From the NCBI RefSeq assembly GCF_006345805.1, contig NC_043022.1, forward strand, positions 11,222,001 through 11,286,000: 64,000 nt of DNA, given 5' to 3'. This DNA comes from Octopus sinensis (Eukaryota). The notes beneath the pieces are model-generated. The model was not told where the DNA came from. It did no database searches and saw nothing but the letters and a program-made list of their open reading frames with translations. The position numbers and the translations under genes are program-made. Shown here piece by piece: positions 40,231 to 53,400 of the stretch. How positions within the stretch are numbered: the first letter of the stretch is position 1; each line of letters begins with the position of its first letter.

Positions 40231-41330
40231 TCTATTCATTGCTCAAAGAAAAAACCCTGTAATTGCCACCAGAGGTATATAGATGCTTACCCAAGATTCT
40301 GGGCATTGAGGTCAACTCCAGAATTTTGTGAAGCAAAATTATTAACCACACATGCATCTGCTATGTTTTATTAATAAAATCATGGCAGGATTTGAACACT
40401 AGGATTTTAAGCAAATGTTCCATCTCTGGATTCAGTAAACCTCTACACAGCTCTCAACTTGCTACAAATAGCAGTCAAAGTTACCTCAAATCACACCATA
40501 TCTCATTAAAATAAAGGACATACTGAATTGAAGACAAAATGATATTTACATCCTGTAGCAAAGGGAAATGAGTGGTTATAGCAGGAATCCCTCTGCTCCT
40601 AGCTCTATCTAACTTAGGATTAAACAACAGCAATAATCTTTGGAAAATCTCTCATTCTTTGTTTCCTATCACAATGGGAAACTTAATCTATTGCCTGGTT
40701 TAACACCATCAGCTGAATTTTCAGTGGACACACAAGAATTCACTTCGTTGAAAGTATTCTAGCTTGAAGATATCATCTTCCTTTCCTCTAAATTTGGCGG
40801 CATTGGAAAGAGTTTGGGCACTGCATATTCTCTTCTGACTAAGTAATTAAGAAAAAGAAAAGGAAATATTGCTGACTCAATCATCTTTATTCTGTTTTAC
40901 TAATAAGGATACTGCCAGTTACTAATATTGACTCATAGCAACTCACTAACTAGTTTTCATTTCAACCTCTTAATTTTATCCTCTGTTTTGTTCAAGGAGT
41001 ACTTGAGATATAGGGCAGATTTCAAGTCCCTGCTTTCACATTCACATTCATTTACCCCATACACTTGCTTTACATAAACCTCTCCAAAAAGAAACATATA
41101 TTCTTCCATTAATACAGCCTATGATGATGATGATGATGATGATTATCAGTACTATGACGATAACATGTCTAATCATCAACATGATGATTGTTTTAACAAT
41201 CTTCTTGATGATAGTGTGGGTTTGATAAGTATGTGCCAAAATGGAAAATCTGAAAACTGAAGCAATGACTATAATGTTAATAGGATCAGGAAGTTAATTC
41301 ACTTCCAGTCCCTAATTACTGCTTATATAG

Positions 41331-41544
41331 CATCAAGTGGATGAGAAACAACTTTTCTCAAACCAACATTTAAAAAAACCTATGATGATGAAGAGATAAA
41401 GAAACTTAGTTATCTAAAAATCTTCCTACTGCAAGTTATAGATTTCTTGTCCATTAGGAACTCAAAACTGGCACAGAAAGAAAGGACTAAACAAACTGAT
41501 AGCCTATATAAAAGTTTCGTTCAGATTTTTGAAGAAGATACTAA
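41331..41544 (+). CDS. Candidate exon, product unknown; needs a one-base frameshift or a weaker downstream acceptor
   Basis: 66 open codons (41345-41544, ETTFLKPTFKKTYDDEEIKKLSYLKIFLLQVIDFLSIRNSKLAQKERTKQTDSLYKSFVQIFEEDTK) end exactly at a gtgagt donor. Confidence 0.25.
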
Positions 41545-42132
41545 GTGAGTGCTAGAGTGGCCATATGGTTAAGAATTTACTTAACCACATTCACATGTAC
41601 CTGAATATAAATGTATACCACATGCATTGCATGCCTGCACTTTTGTGAATGTATGTGCAGGTGTATACTGATAATTTTTTTTTGGGGGGGGGGGGGTTAA
41701 AAAGCTTTTAACCCTTTAGCATTCAGATTACTCTGTCAAACATAATGCTAAATTATTCATATTGTTTTGAAGTAATGATGCATTATCTCATAGCTTTCAA
41801 ATTTCAATGATGTGATGGTTTATCTTTAGAATGGCATTGTAGGGTAGGTGTAAAAGGCCAGATCTTGTCAGTTTGAGCATAAAACAGAATATTTGAGCCT
41901 GATATGGCCAGTATAAATGCAAAAGGATTATTTAATGGCTCATGCAAATATATTTTACAAATTGTATGATGTCATATGTGTGCTATGTATCTGATGTTAT
42001 GTACATGACTTTGAATTCAAGCAAGTTCCTGAGATCAAATAAAGAGTGCATATTTTTTTTACATATATTATATATTAGAAAATTACTATTTGTAAATCTC
42101 ACAAAGAGAGATATTCAGCAACAGTACTATGG

Positions 42133-42516
42133 AGTAAAGATTATTTGCCCACATAACATGGCAGTCCTGGTTTAGGATGAATGTTGCTGTAATTTAACCC
42201 CAGGAGACATCATCTCCAACTAGCTATATGACACGATCTGTACCCTAATAGATCAGTGAATAGTTGTCACTTTGAAAACTATGTTTCGAACGAGAAACCA
42301 AACAATTATTCTGTGCTGACAAAGGGAAATAACCCCAAAATCATGAAACAGATAATGTTTTGAGCTGAGTGGGGGTGCTAGATTCCTGTGTTCAAAAATA
42401 TAAGGACACAGATGGTGTCATATAGCCAGCTGGAGACAATGTCTCCTGCGGCTATATTACAGCAATATTCGTCCTAAACCAGGACTGCCATGTAATTTTG
42501 GCAAATGATCTTTACT
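42133..42516. mobile_element. Foldback MITE with imperfect TIRs of about 110 bp
   Basis: The left arm agtaaagattatttgccc...catggcagtcctggtttagg...gacacgatctgt pairs with the right arm acagatggtgtc...cctaaaccaggactgccatg...ggcaaatgatctttact. Flanks are TA-rich. Confidence 0.78.
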
Positions 42517-44576
42517 ATATTATATATATTAATATATCTATTTTATATTATATTTATTCTGATTGGTTAGGAAGTGAGTTTAACAAAGGATAATGCTTGA
42601 AATTTTGCAGTTTAAACTTGTTTGTGAAGGTATTCACTGTTGGAATTATGATATTCTCTGTAATGCAGAAATTGTATCTGCCACTACATTTCTAACATTT
42701 GTAGTTTTGTTCTCCCAAATTCATCCACAAGGCTTGGGTTGATTCAAGGTACTGCTCAAGATGCCATACTGAAACTAAACCCAGGACCACATGATTATGA
42801 AGTAAACATCTTAACCACTCATCCATTCCTGCACCCCTAAATAGGTTTGTGATATTACAGCTTACTGCATTCTGAGTTCAAATCCCACCTAGGTCAACTT
42901 TGCCTTTCATCCTTCTGGGATCAATAAAATAAACTACTTGTCTAAGAGCATTGGCTGGAAAGCTTTGCGGCATATGTTCCAACTCTTTCGTATTTCAAGT
43001 TAAAATCCTACCTGTGTGGAGGACAATCTGTTGCCTAGTTTAGCACTACCACCTGGTCTTTAGAGCTTTAAGTGATGTTCAGTCTGTTGCTTACAGGCCA
43101 AACCTCCAATTTGAAGATGTCTTTCTTCCTCTCTTCCACCACTCTTCAGGCCTTGAAAAGGTTCATGGGCATGCTCTTCCTTCTGACCAAGCAGAAAAAG
43201 AGAGAGGCAGAGGAGAGGAGAGAAGAGGAAAGGAGAGAAAGAGAGAGTTTGTGTGTGTACACATATGTATGCATATGGTCACAGCATAGTTGATTAGTGA
43301 AGTAGTTCATTTCACAATTACAAGGTAACTAGATTTGATCTCACTGCATGGCGACACTAACTCTGTTAGTGAACTTGGAAACATATAGAAGCCGATTGGG
43401 TGAATTTTACACATAGTTTCAAAGTACAACTTTATTTCATGCTGTACCATACTGACTTAACTGGGCAATTACATGAAAGATACATTTACCTTTGGAATAT
43501 TTAGCCACTTTGATACATAGTCAATGAGCTGGTTATTCAGTTGATTGAATAACTGGATACTTATCAAAATCTAAAAAGAACAATTTATGTATAATTGTTC
43601 ATCTTTTGTTAATGTACATCCATGAAGGATGTAAGCATCAACAAAAAGACTGGAAAATAGGCATTCTTTCAACAAAGCCTTTTGTAATATTTGTTCTGCA
43701 CCAGATACAACACTTTCTTACTCTCACCATAAAAATGAAGTGATTGGTCCTTTGGAAGACTAACCAATGATACCATAGTATATCAATTGCAATATAAGTC
43801 AATTATATATAGGAATTGTTAATGTGCAGGTTTCTCAATGAAAATATTGAATTATATTATTGAAAATATTGAATTATATTATTGAAAATATTGAATTATA
43901 TTATTGTTGCATAATGTGTTTCAATACAGACAAGAGCAGGTTTTGCAAATGAATTTAGTGTAGATTTTTAAATGGATTTGGTGTTAAATATAGAATGGAA
44001 CAGGTTTTTGAAATTAATTCCCAGGCTCAGTGATTTAGAATAGATTTCAATTGTAGATTAATACAAATAGATAAATACACAGATGACTATTAATGATGTA
44101 CAAGAAGTAACTTTGAAAAACATTTCTACATAAGGTTGAGCCAGTAAATACCTATTTATGTAAGCATATATATTTCTACTTATGTATGGCATTTACCTAA
44201 CTAGTCAATAACACGGTATTTATGATTTTAAGAAAGAACCAACAAAGTATAGCATATAACACACATATGTGCATAAAAAACATAATTTTAAAACTATTCA
44301 TTGTATATTTGTGCAACTAAACATAACTATATTTGTAAGTTAGGTTTGTCAATCTTTTCTTCATTTACTGGTTTCTGTGACTAAACTACAGACATGCTAG
44401 AGTATCATGTTCAAGGTTATTAGTTGATTATATTCGACCCAGTACATATTTCAGTGTGTTGCTTATTATATTGAACTATGTATTGAATTGTGTAGTTCAA
44501 CAAATAGTTTGATATAATAAGCAATAAACATAAAATACTCATATACAAACACAGAGGTATACACATACACACAAAC

Positions 44577-44639
<63 letters not shown>

Positions 44640-45369
44640 TATACCTAAACACAAATACATACACATATAAACATACAAACACACATATAAGCATACAAAT
44701 ACACATTTACAAGCATGCATGCCCATATATTTGCATAAACATGTGCCCACATGCACGAAGTAATACACATGGTTTATATGGAAATAATACTATGAATTCA
44801 CTTACATTCATATTAATTTTCATGACATGTATTTCGTATGTTGTATGGAAATGATCATCTTATAATAATTCTGCTTGTCATTGCATTACTTAGTCTGTTG
44901 GTAATGCTTTCGAGGGAGGGAGAAGCATCCATGGCATGAGATAGAAGAGATGGGGAGAAAGAGGAAGAGAAGCATCCATGGCGTGAGGTAGAGGGAATGT
45001 AACTGTAATGCTTTTACATGATTAGTTGAAAAGAAAAAGAGAAGAAAGAAAAAGAAGAGTGAGACAGAAAGAGGAGAGAAAAGCATCCATGAGGTAGGGG
45101 GATTGTAATATTTATTATGTAGTTAAAAAAGTTAGCTGAAGGTAGAGGAGGAGTTAAAAATATAATTTTAGCAGAGGGGTGATGTTCTGATGATGAGGTT
45201 AAAGAAAAGCAGGGAGAAAGCGGTATGAGAGGGTAGAGAGAGGAGAGGGAGGGGGGAGAGAGATGATGGTAGAGGTGGTGATTGGATACTGAAAACAGAA
45301 TTTTTTTTAATTGAACTAAGTGTTTTATATCACCTATCACTTAATGTATGTGCGTAAGTGCAATTCCCT

Positions 45370-45881
45370 ATGTGTAGGCATATACGTATACACAAATAGC
45401 TATGTGTAGGTATATATGCATACACAGATATGTGTATGTGTATACATGTATACACATACCTGTATAGGCATGTGCAGGTATACGTGCATACACTCACATG
45501 CATGTGCAGGTGTATGTGCATGCACACACACGGGCATGTGCAGGTGTATGCACGTGCACACATGCCATCATATGCAGGTGTATGTGCATGCACGTGGGAA
45601 TGTGCATGCACACACGTACACCTGCACATGCCCACGTGTGTGCATGCACATTCCCACGTGCATGCACATACACCTGCATATGATGGCATGTGTGCACGTG
45701 CATACACCTGCACATGCCCGTGTGTGTGCATGCGCATACACCTGCACATGCATGTGAGTGTATGCACGTATACCTGCACATGCCTATACAGGTATGTGTA
45801 TACATGTATACACATACACATATCTGTGTATGCATATATACCTACACATAGCTATTTGTGTATACGTATATGCCTACACAT
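45370..45881. repeat. Long inverted repeat, 248-bp arms, 16-nt spacer, in purine-pyrimidine-alternating low-complexity DNA
   Basis: Arms 45370-45617 and 45634-45881 are reverse complements with one mismatch seen. The near-identical opposite-strand ORFs 45330-45821 and 45430-45915 confirm this. Confidence 0.95.
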
Positions 45882-46129
45882 TTGTGTTTGTGTGTGTACA
45901 CACACAGATGTATGAGGCTTCAATTAATAATAGGCACATTACTGTCTGTAACTGACAGCCTTACCACCAAGCACTTTATACACACACACATATTAACATT
46001 TATTCCCCCACCCCCACCGGGGCAGATAAGAATACTTTCCAGAACCTTTCCAGCAACTGATAGTGGAGCAATACTACTACTATGATAGCCACACTTCATT
46101 CTGACTCCCTTTCCTTTGCATTCTTCCAC

Positions 46130-47460
46130 TCCTTGAGAATAGCACCATCCTTCCAGACTACATTAATAAGCCTGTGAGAATTCTGTAATATGACCACTGT
46201 CAAAGCACAAGATCTCAGTGAAAATTTCATTTTTACCAGATGCTTTTCCAAGACTTAATCTATTGTTGTTAACACCTCATCTGAGACTGCAGAGTCCAAG
46301 GAGCTGATGACACATCTGTTGCATATTATAAATTACTGTGTTATTGACAACACTCACTGCTTAGAAGTTCAGCAAATTGTTCAATCCAACAACCTGCGAC
46401 TTCTGTGGATTTAGTAGGAAAAGTGAAGGAGTTGATGCAAAATTCTTGGGCTCATAAACTTGTTTCATAAGGTGGTATAGAGCTTCTTGCTGTTATTCGC
46501 TATAGCAGCAGCTTGAATATCAAGAGAAAGACCTTCACACTAGGTGTTTGGCGTCGTCTGAGTGATCAGTGCAGTAAGGATTTTGTATGCTTATAATGGC
46601 CTAGTGCTAGATTCTGCTGCATAACTGATAACCCTCTGTGCATTAATGCACTGTGTGCATTGCACTTTGCAGATAAGAGTCCCTGAACCTCAGCATCATT
46701 TTCATCAAACTAGTCCCCATGACTGGCTGTAGCATATCCCAGTGTTTTAGCAGCACATTGAAAAGCCATATCTCAAAATTTCTTTCAAGTTGTAATATCT
46801 TCAATGTTGGATGAACAATTCTGTAGCTCCTTCCTCACAGTAGGATCACATATTTTACAGCCATTCAAGCATCGAGTAATTTCAGCTGGCCCACTTCTCT
46901 CTATTTTCCAGAACTTTGCTCACACCAAGCAGTAGTCTTTCCAACTCTACGATCCATGACAGGACTTGACCATACAACATCATAGACTTCAGGTGCATCC
47001 ATATTGCTGTGTGATCATCTTTGTTCATAAAGTGAGAGCTTGCAATGACAAGGCCATATGCATCACAAAGCTTTAGGAGTACGAAATCATTATCATTCAT
47101 CTTCCCTACACTGAAACATTCAAGAGCTCCATGTTTGTCAACCTGTTTCAACCCTGGTATTGAAATCCCCTAGTAGAATGACTGTGACTTGGGAATTTCC
47201 TGAGCATAGTTCTCAACTGGGCAAAGCAAGTAATTTTATCTTCATCAGAACTGGTCAGAGAAGGAGCACTTATCAGTCACAAATTGTTCAACTCTCAAGT
47301 ACAGATGTTGAGTCATCAAACGGTCATTTATAGGGATAGGAAGATCCAACTTCTTGATTTCAGATTGAGCTGCAAAACCAATGCCAGTTCATCTGTGCTC
47401 CTCTTTCAGTATCCCATTCCAGAAAAAGTTTGCTACTGCTAAGCTCCTGTAGCTGACCAT
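46130..47460 (-). mobile_element. Decayed RTE-type LINE fragment (endonuclease end and linker)
   Basis: The minus-strand ORF 46882-47151 (FSVGKMNDNDFVLLKLCDAYGLVIASSHFMNKDDHTAIWMHLKS) resembles the C-terminal APE segment of RTE elements (G..NSNG.LLL..C....L.ITNT.F.......TW.HP.S). Boundaries are approximate and may extend to about 48.2 kb. Confidence 0.7.
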
Positions 47461-50400
47461 CACCTTCCGAATAAGTCTCTGAAAGAATAACTATATCTAT
47501 ATTGTACTGGTTCAGTTTGCAAACAAGTTCAGTAGGTCATTCAAGCCTACATTCACTCATTATTGAACAGAATATATGCACATTCCAACATGAAATAGTC
47601 ATATTCCATCCAGATTTTATAAATATTGTTTTCCAAATGCAAGGTGGAAATATGTTAGTTGCACTAAACTAACCAGTTCTGGTCAAAACAGGCAATTTTT
47701 AGTTAACCTTTCATAGACACTCCTCAGTTTCTGGGTCCTTAGGGCCCTCCCCAAATGGAACTACTCAGACACTTATACAGCAACAGAATCCCACTGCTGT
47801 CTTGGAACATAAGATGACTTTATATCTAACATGGGCATCCTACTTGTAGGCCACTAATTACAGGCTTCCAGTTCATCAGGTTTGCATGTTTTGCCATCTT
47901 CTCATCACAGCAGGACTTTGAAATATTAAAAAAATAGAGAAACATGTAAAATTAAAAAGTGTAAGGTTAAAATTAACCAGCAATACCCATGCAAAATGCC
48001 AGTAATGCCTGTGCAAAATCTTAGGTCCAATAAAGCTTACACAACACCTCATAGACTCTCTCTACCCTCTTAACATGACCAAGAGATAAGCAATATGAGC
48101 TGCAGGCTCAGGAATGTGGGAGTGCCATGACCTGCAAGAAAAAGATCCCTAAAATGTCCAATGCCATTCCTTGTATATTGGGCTTTATATCAGTGATCCT
48201 CCCCTAGAGACATGCTTTAACAAAAGCTGAGGGGTGCCTCACTACAAGTGATCTTCTAACACACTGGATACCAACCTTAAACTTCTGAGTGCTTGTGCTA
48301 TTGCTATATAGTTCATCTGTCCTTTTGACAAGTCTTGTTTTTATTCCTGCTGGATTTCTAGCAATCTTGCTCATGAGGTGGGAGTGCCAGTTTAGTTGCC
48401 AATAACCCAAACATGCAACAGGCTGTACTAGATTCCATGTTACCAGTAACATTCATGAGAGACCTCTCACATTTATATATAAATATAAAGAGATACATTT
48501 ACACGCATTACATATAAATAGAGGTACATAGAAATACATGTTACTATAACTGTGTATATATCTGAATAGATTCTCTGCAAATTCATTTCACTTTGTTAGC
48601 AAGATATACAATTAATAAACATGAACAATAATGCTTTATTAATGAAAGTATAAATCTAATTTTGTGTGAAACCACAATTGTCATAAGAATTAAAGGTTAA
48701 GAATTTATTATTGTAGGTACAGGGTTTGAAGTTTGGGTGTGTTAGTTAAAACACATCAAATCCAGTACATGACTGTTACCTTATTTTACCAGTCCTGAAC
48801 AAATGAAATGCAAAGTCAATATTGAAGATATTTGAAATCAGAATGCAAATAGCTGAAGAATACCACAAAATATTGTGTCTGACTGACACTAATGAATGCC
48901 AATCCCCCACCCTTAACAGTAATAAGCAGAAAACTGCCTGGAGAGCAGTATTTCTCCTTGTAGTCATGATAATAATATTATTCTAAGCACAGCATCTGAA
49001 ATTTTTTAGGGAGGGAGTTAGTTGATTACACTGCTCAGTACTCATTTTATTGACCCTGAAAGGATGAAAAGCCAAGTCAACCATGACAGAATTTGAACTC
49101 AGAACATAAAAAAAAACAAGAAATGTCACAAAACATTTAATTTTGCATGTTAATAATTATGCCAGCTCATTGCCTTAACAATAATACCATCTTTCAGTGA
49201 TAACTATCCAAAAGAATAGAATGCATATGCTGAGTGATAAGCAGAATTATATTATTTCTAACCTTCGTACAATTCCATTAATTTTGTGAAAGGGATGTAA
49301 ACTCAATCATTCAGATTTTTTTAGGTGGTACATATTTTATGAGTTTGGAAGGATAGAAATAATTTTGTCTCAGGAAGTAGGGGTTTGTTGACTCTGATTA
49401 GGTTCTTACTAAGGCTAAATTGTAATACTTATAAACCAGAATATATATTGAAACAACTCTTATATATAACTGGAGTTGGTTTAGACTCTAAATTAAAGAA
49501 CAACATAATGAAAGCATATGCTACTAAAGAATAGCTACGAACATTGCTTTTTTTTTTTTTTTTATCTAAAACACTGAACTTTAAAATTTCATTAGGAGTC
49601 ATCTTAGATGTTTGACATAACTCATGATGATATGCAGTCAGAATTTTTTTACAATGAATTAGCTCTTTTAAGTCTTAAATTGCAAGTATCAAGCCCGTAA
49701 TGAAAAAAGATGTCATTCAAACAGTATAGTTGTTTGGTTTCAAAACTGGAACTAAGCACTCTTCTGTACAAGCAACAAAATTTAGCCTCATTTTAGAAAG
49801 CACTTTCTGTCAAAAGATTTCCTGTTTGCACCATGTGTATTCATTTTTATGTTTTATTGAGCAAATTTTCCTAGATTTTTCCTTTTCAATGTAATGGCAG
49901 TAAATACCTCAAGCCATGAGTTAGAATTCAGTCTTATTTATTACTGATTTAATATTTCTTATTAATAAATTTAATTAGAAAAAGTGAGTTTGAACATGGA
50001 GAAAAATAAGAGTGATAGATATTTCAGTGTTATCTGTACACACTAGCTATCTAAATGATGATAATTCTGAGCAAGAGTCGAGTTATCACATAGTCGAGCA
50101 GTAAGGATTAGAAAAAAATAAAAGATTAATTATATATTTTAAATGTAGGGTCTTTGTGTACTGATGAACTGTTAAAAGTGAAATTATGTAAAAAGTATAA
50201 GGATTGTAATAACAGTAAATAAATAACACTAATTTCTTAGACTTTAAAGTTGAAGGCTGATATTGGAATGCTTTTTCTGATGGGAGTTGTACACTTTTGA
50301 AATTATTGAGACTAACTTAAACAGAAATTCAGCTGTGAGACAGAAAATTGTTGTACAGGAATCAATATCTTGTAAATATATATCAAAACACCTACACATG

Positions 50401-53400
50401 ATAAAATTACCTATATTCAACCTATCTGGGCAGTTGAAAGTGACAAACAGGTAAAAATCAACAATAGGTATAAACTAAATTCATAATGTACACCAATGCT
50501 CATTATGTTGTATCAGCAAATTTCATCTAAATTCATGCAAATAGTTATATTATAATGAATTTTTAAATAGAACCAATTGCAGGCCATCAAAATCTCTAGT
50601 TTCTTATAGGATTGGGAAATTTATATAGAGAAAGGACTATAAAAGTTAAGCTACAATTTATCAATAAGCGATAAACAAAAAACTGTTGTTAACAATGATT
50701 TTAACTTATTTCCCTCAATTTAAATGTACTGTCCAGAACATATTTATATACATATATAATTGAGCAATAGTAATAGCTAATTAACTCAGAATACCAATTA
50801 AAGATTGCAGTTCTGCCTATAGTTAGAACTGCAATGTGCATAGAAAAGACGCTTCACATTCAAATGGCCGAGTCAGCCTGTCTATATCAGGAAATCTTAC
50901 TGCACAATAAAATTGCCATGCAATGAATGATACCATAAAATTGACAAGTGTTTTGAAGCTTTCAGTACCAAATTCGATTTGTCCTCTGTGCATAACTTGG
51001 TGATGGGAAGTGACTCTCTACACTTATATCAAGAGTGTCATTGTCAGTTTATAGCTGAATAATTTGATGGATGTCAGCCTAATTACCAAAGTGTTCATCT
51101 GTTATATCTTTTCATGGACATTATGAAGTGTCCACAATCATGACAATTAAATTTTGTGATTAGGTATCATAAAGTGATACCGCTTTCACTGTAAGCTTAT
51201 TAACAATTCATAGCTGATGAGTGTTTTGTTGACATACATATTATTGAACTAAAATTTCATTATAGAGTGAAAGCAAGGCCATGTGGTTAAAAACTTCACT
51301 TTGTGACTTCAGAGTATCAAGTTTAATCCTACTGTATGACTTCCTGGATAATATCTTCTATTATAACTTCAAGTTGATGAAAACCATGTGAGAGCTGGTA
51401 GATAGAAACTGTGTGGAAGCCCATCATAAGTATTCTTCTGTGGTGGTATACAATCCATCGACCAGTGTAATACAACCACCACATGGCTCATAAGTGCCTT
51501 TAGTAGAGTCCATGCTCTATTGCAAGCATGCAAGTCAATTCTCAAGAGGAAGGCTAATATCTTTCTTGCTTCTAGACTCAGGAACCTTGAAAAGTCATAG
51601 GGTACTGCTCATCTTCCTTACATTATATAATAAAAATTCTATCGAGTAAGCAGATGCACATTTATACACACACACACATTGGCTGTCTATTGATACTTCC
51701 CTTACTCTTTACTTTGCACTTCACTTAGGCCATAACATTCATGTTTCAGTTGTTCTCTCAACCTGAATACTATGTTGATCTTGTTCACCCTGCAGATCTA
51801 ATGTGTCACTGAAATTACCATTCTTATTGATTGCACTATTCAAATAGGTAAAGCAACTTGCCTTTTTTACTGTCTGCTCTTCAATGATGATGGGCTTAGG
51901 TTGTATCAACTAGCTTGTGTCAGCCTGGCTGAGAGAGAGAATGGCAGTCATCTGGTGCTTAATATTTAAGCTAAACTTTATAACTGCACTACCAAGTTCA
52001 TGGGAAACAAGGGTACAACTGTCAGTAAATATTTTTCTTATTAATCTTAACTTGAACATGTAAGCAACAGGTTAGCATCAAGCCTTGTCTCAAATTATAA
52101 ACCTTTTTTTCAATTACATGTATAACTCACAGATAAGTGAGAATAATATTTGTCCTAGTGCACAGCCATCATAATATCAATCTCTGCAAAATAAATTTTA
52201 GTCATTTCTGAATCCTCTATCTAAAACTTACTTTAGAACCTCTTTTTTTTTTACCTACATACACATTGACATACATGACAACAAATATAGCATTGACTGA
52301 TATTTATAGAAGGAATCTTTTTCATAGATATGAAAACCTTTAAAATCTTCACATCAATTGGAATTTTACCCAGAAACAGTAACACTGAAAGGTTCTATCT
52401 CAAATGATAAGAAGTGGGGAGAGGTTTAAGATCAATCCAGATAGCCTTTGAGTGTCATATGGTATCACTGACAGCATCTGTTGCAAAACTATCAACCAAG
52501 TTCACAAAAGTGAGGAAAACACCAGCATGTAAATTGAGAGTGGACTCTTCCCAATAATCTTTTATTAAAGTAGCCTATCTCAAAGTCCTAGATGAGAAAT
52601 TCTCAGCAAACAAAAAGGGTTATGAAAGGGTAGTTTTCTCATAAATTTGAGAATGCGAACTAACACTGACAGGAAGTGTAGCATCTCTCAGACTTGTCAT
52701 GGTTACAACTTGTAATTCTAAAGTTATCCTTTGACAAACCCAAAATAAAAAATAGCTACAAAACACCTAGTAAACAAACAAAAAAAAAAGGTAATTAACT
52801 GCTAAAAACCTTATGATGCAACCAAAAATGTTGATATCTCATTTCTATAGAAGATGATACAGTGATCCACAGCAGCCCGAAAATAACATTAAGGTATTAC
52901 CTTTCTATTTAGCATGATATTGTTGCTAATAATGATGCCATTCATAGCTATGACTACACTAGAATAAATATTAAAAAAATACTTCCAATGAATGTAAACA
53001 TTCATTGGAAGTAGACTGGTACAGAAAAGAAAACTTATGCCCAATTATGGTGATCAGCTACACTGCAGATGTAAATATTTCCGACCAGTTCATAATGTAA
53101 ATATTTATGAACTACTACTTCAAAGATTACAACTTCTCTATACAGATTATCAATTCATGTACATAAATTATTGATGCATTTCACTATGTTAGAAAATGTT
53201 ATAAACTTGAAAGGTTGGGATTTTTAGGCAAAGAAAATGCCCAGCTAACATGCATTTTGCCAATAATGTCTAAGTGAACGAAACTAATGCAAAACTTTTC
53301 TCAAAGTTCAACATGTAACTCTTCACCACTACTCTCTAAATTCCTGTAATGAAGCATTGCAGCTTCACTACAAACCAGCTATTTCTTTATAGGTAGGATT

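Noticed and set aside
45330-45955. His/Cys/Met-rich ORFs of up to 163 aa
   Set aside because: They are translations of (CA/TG/TA)-type low-complexity palindrome arms.
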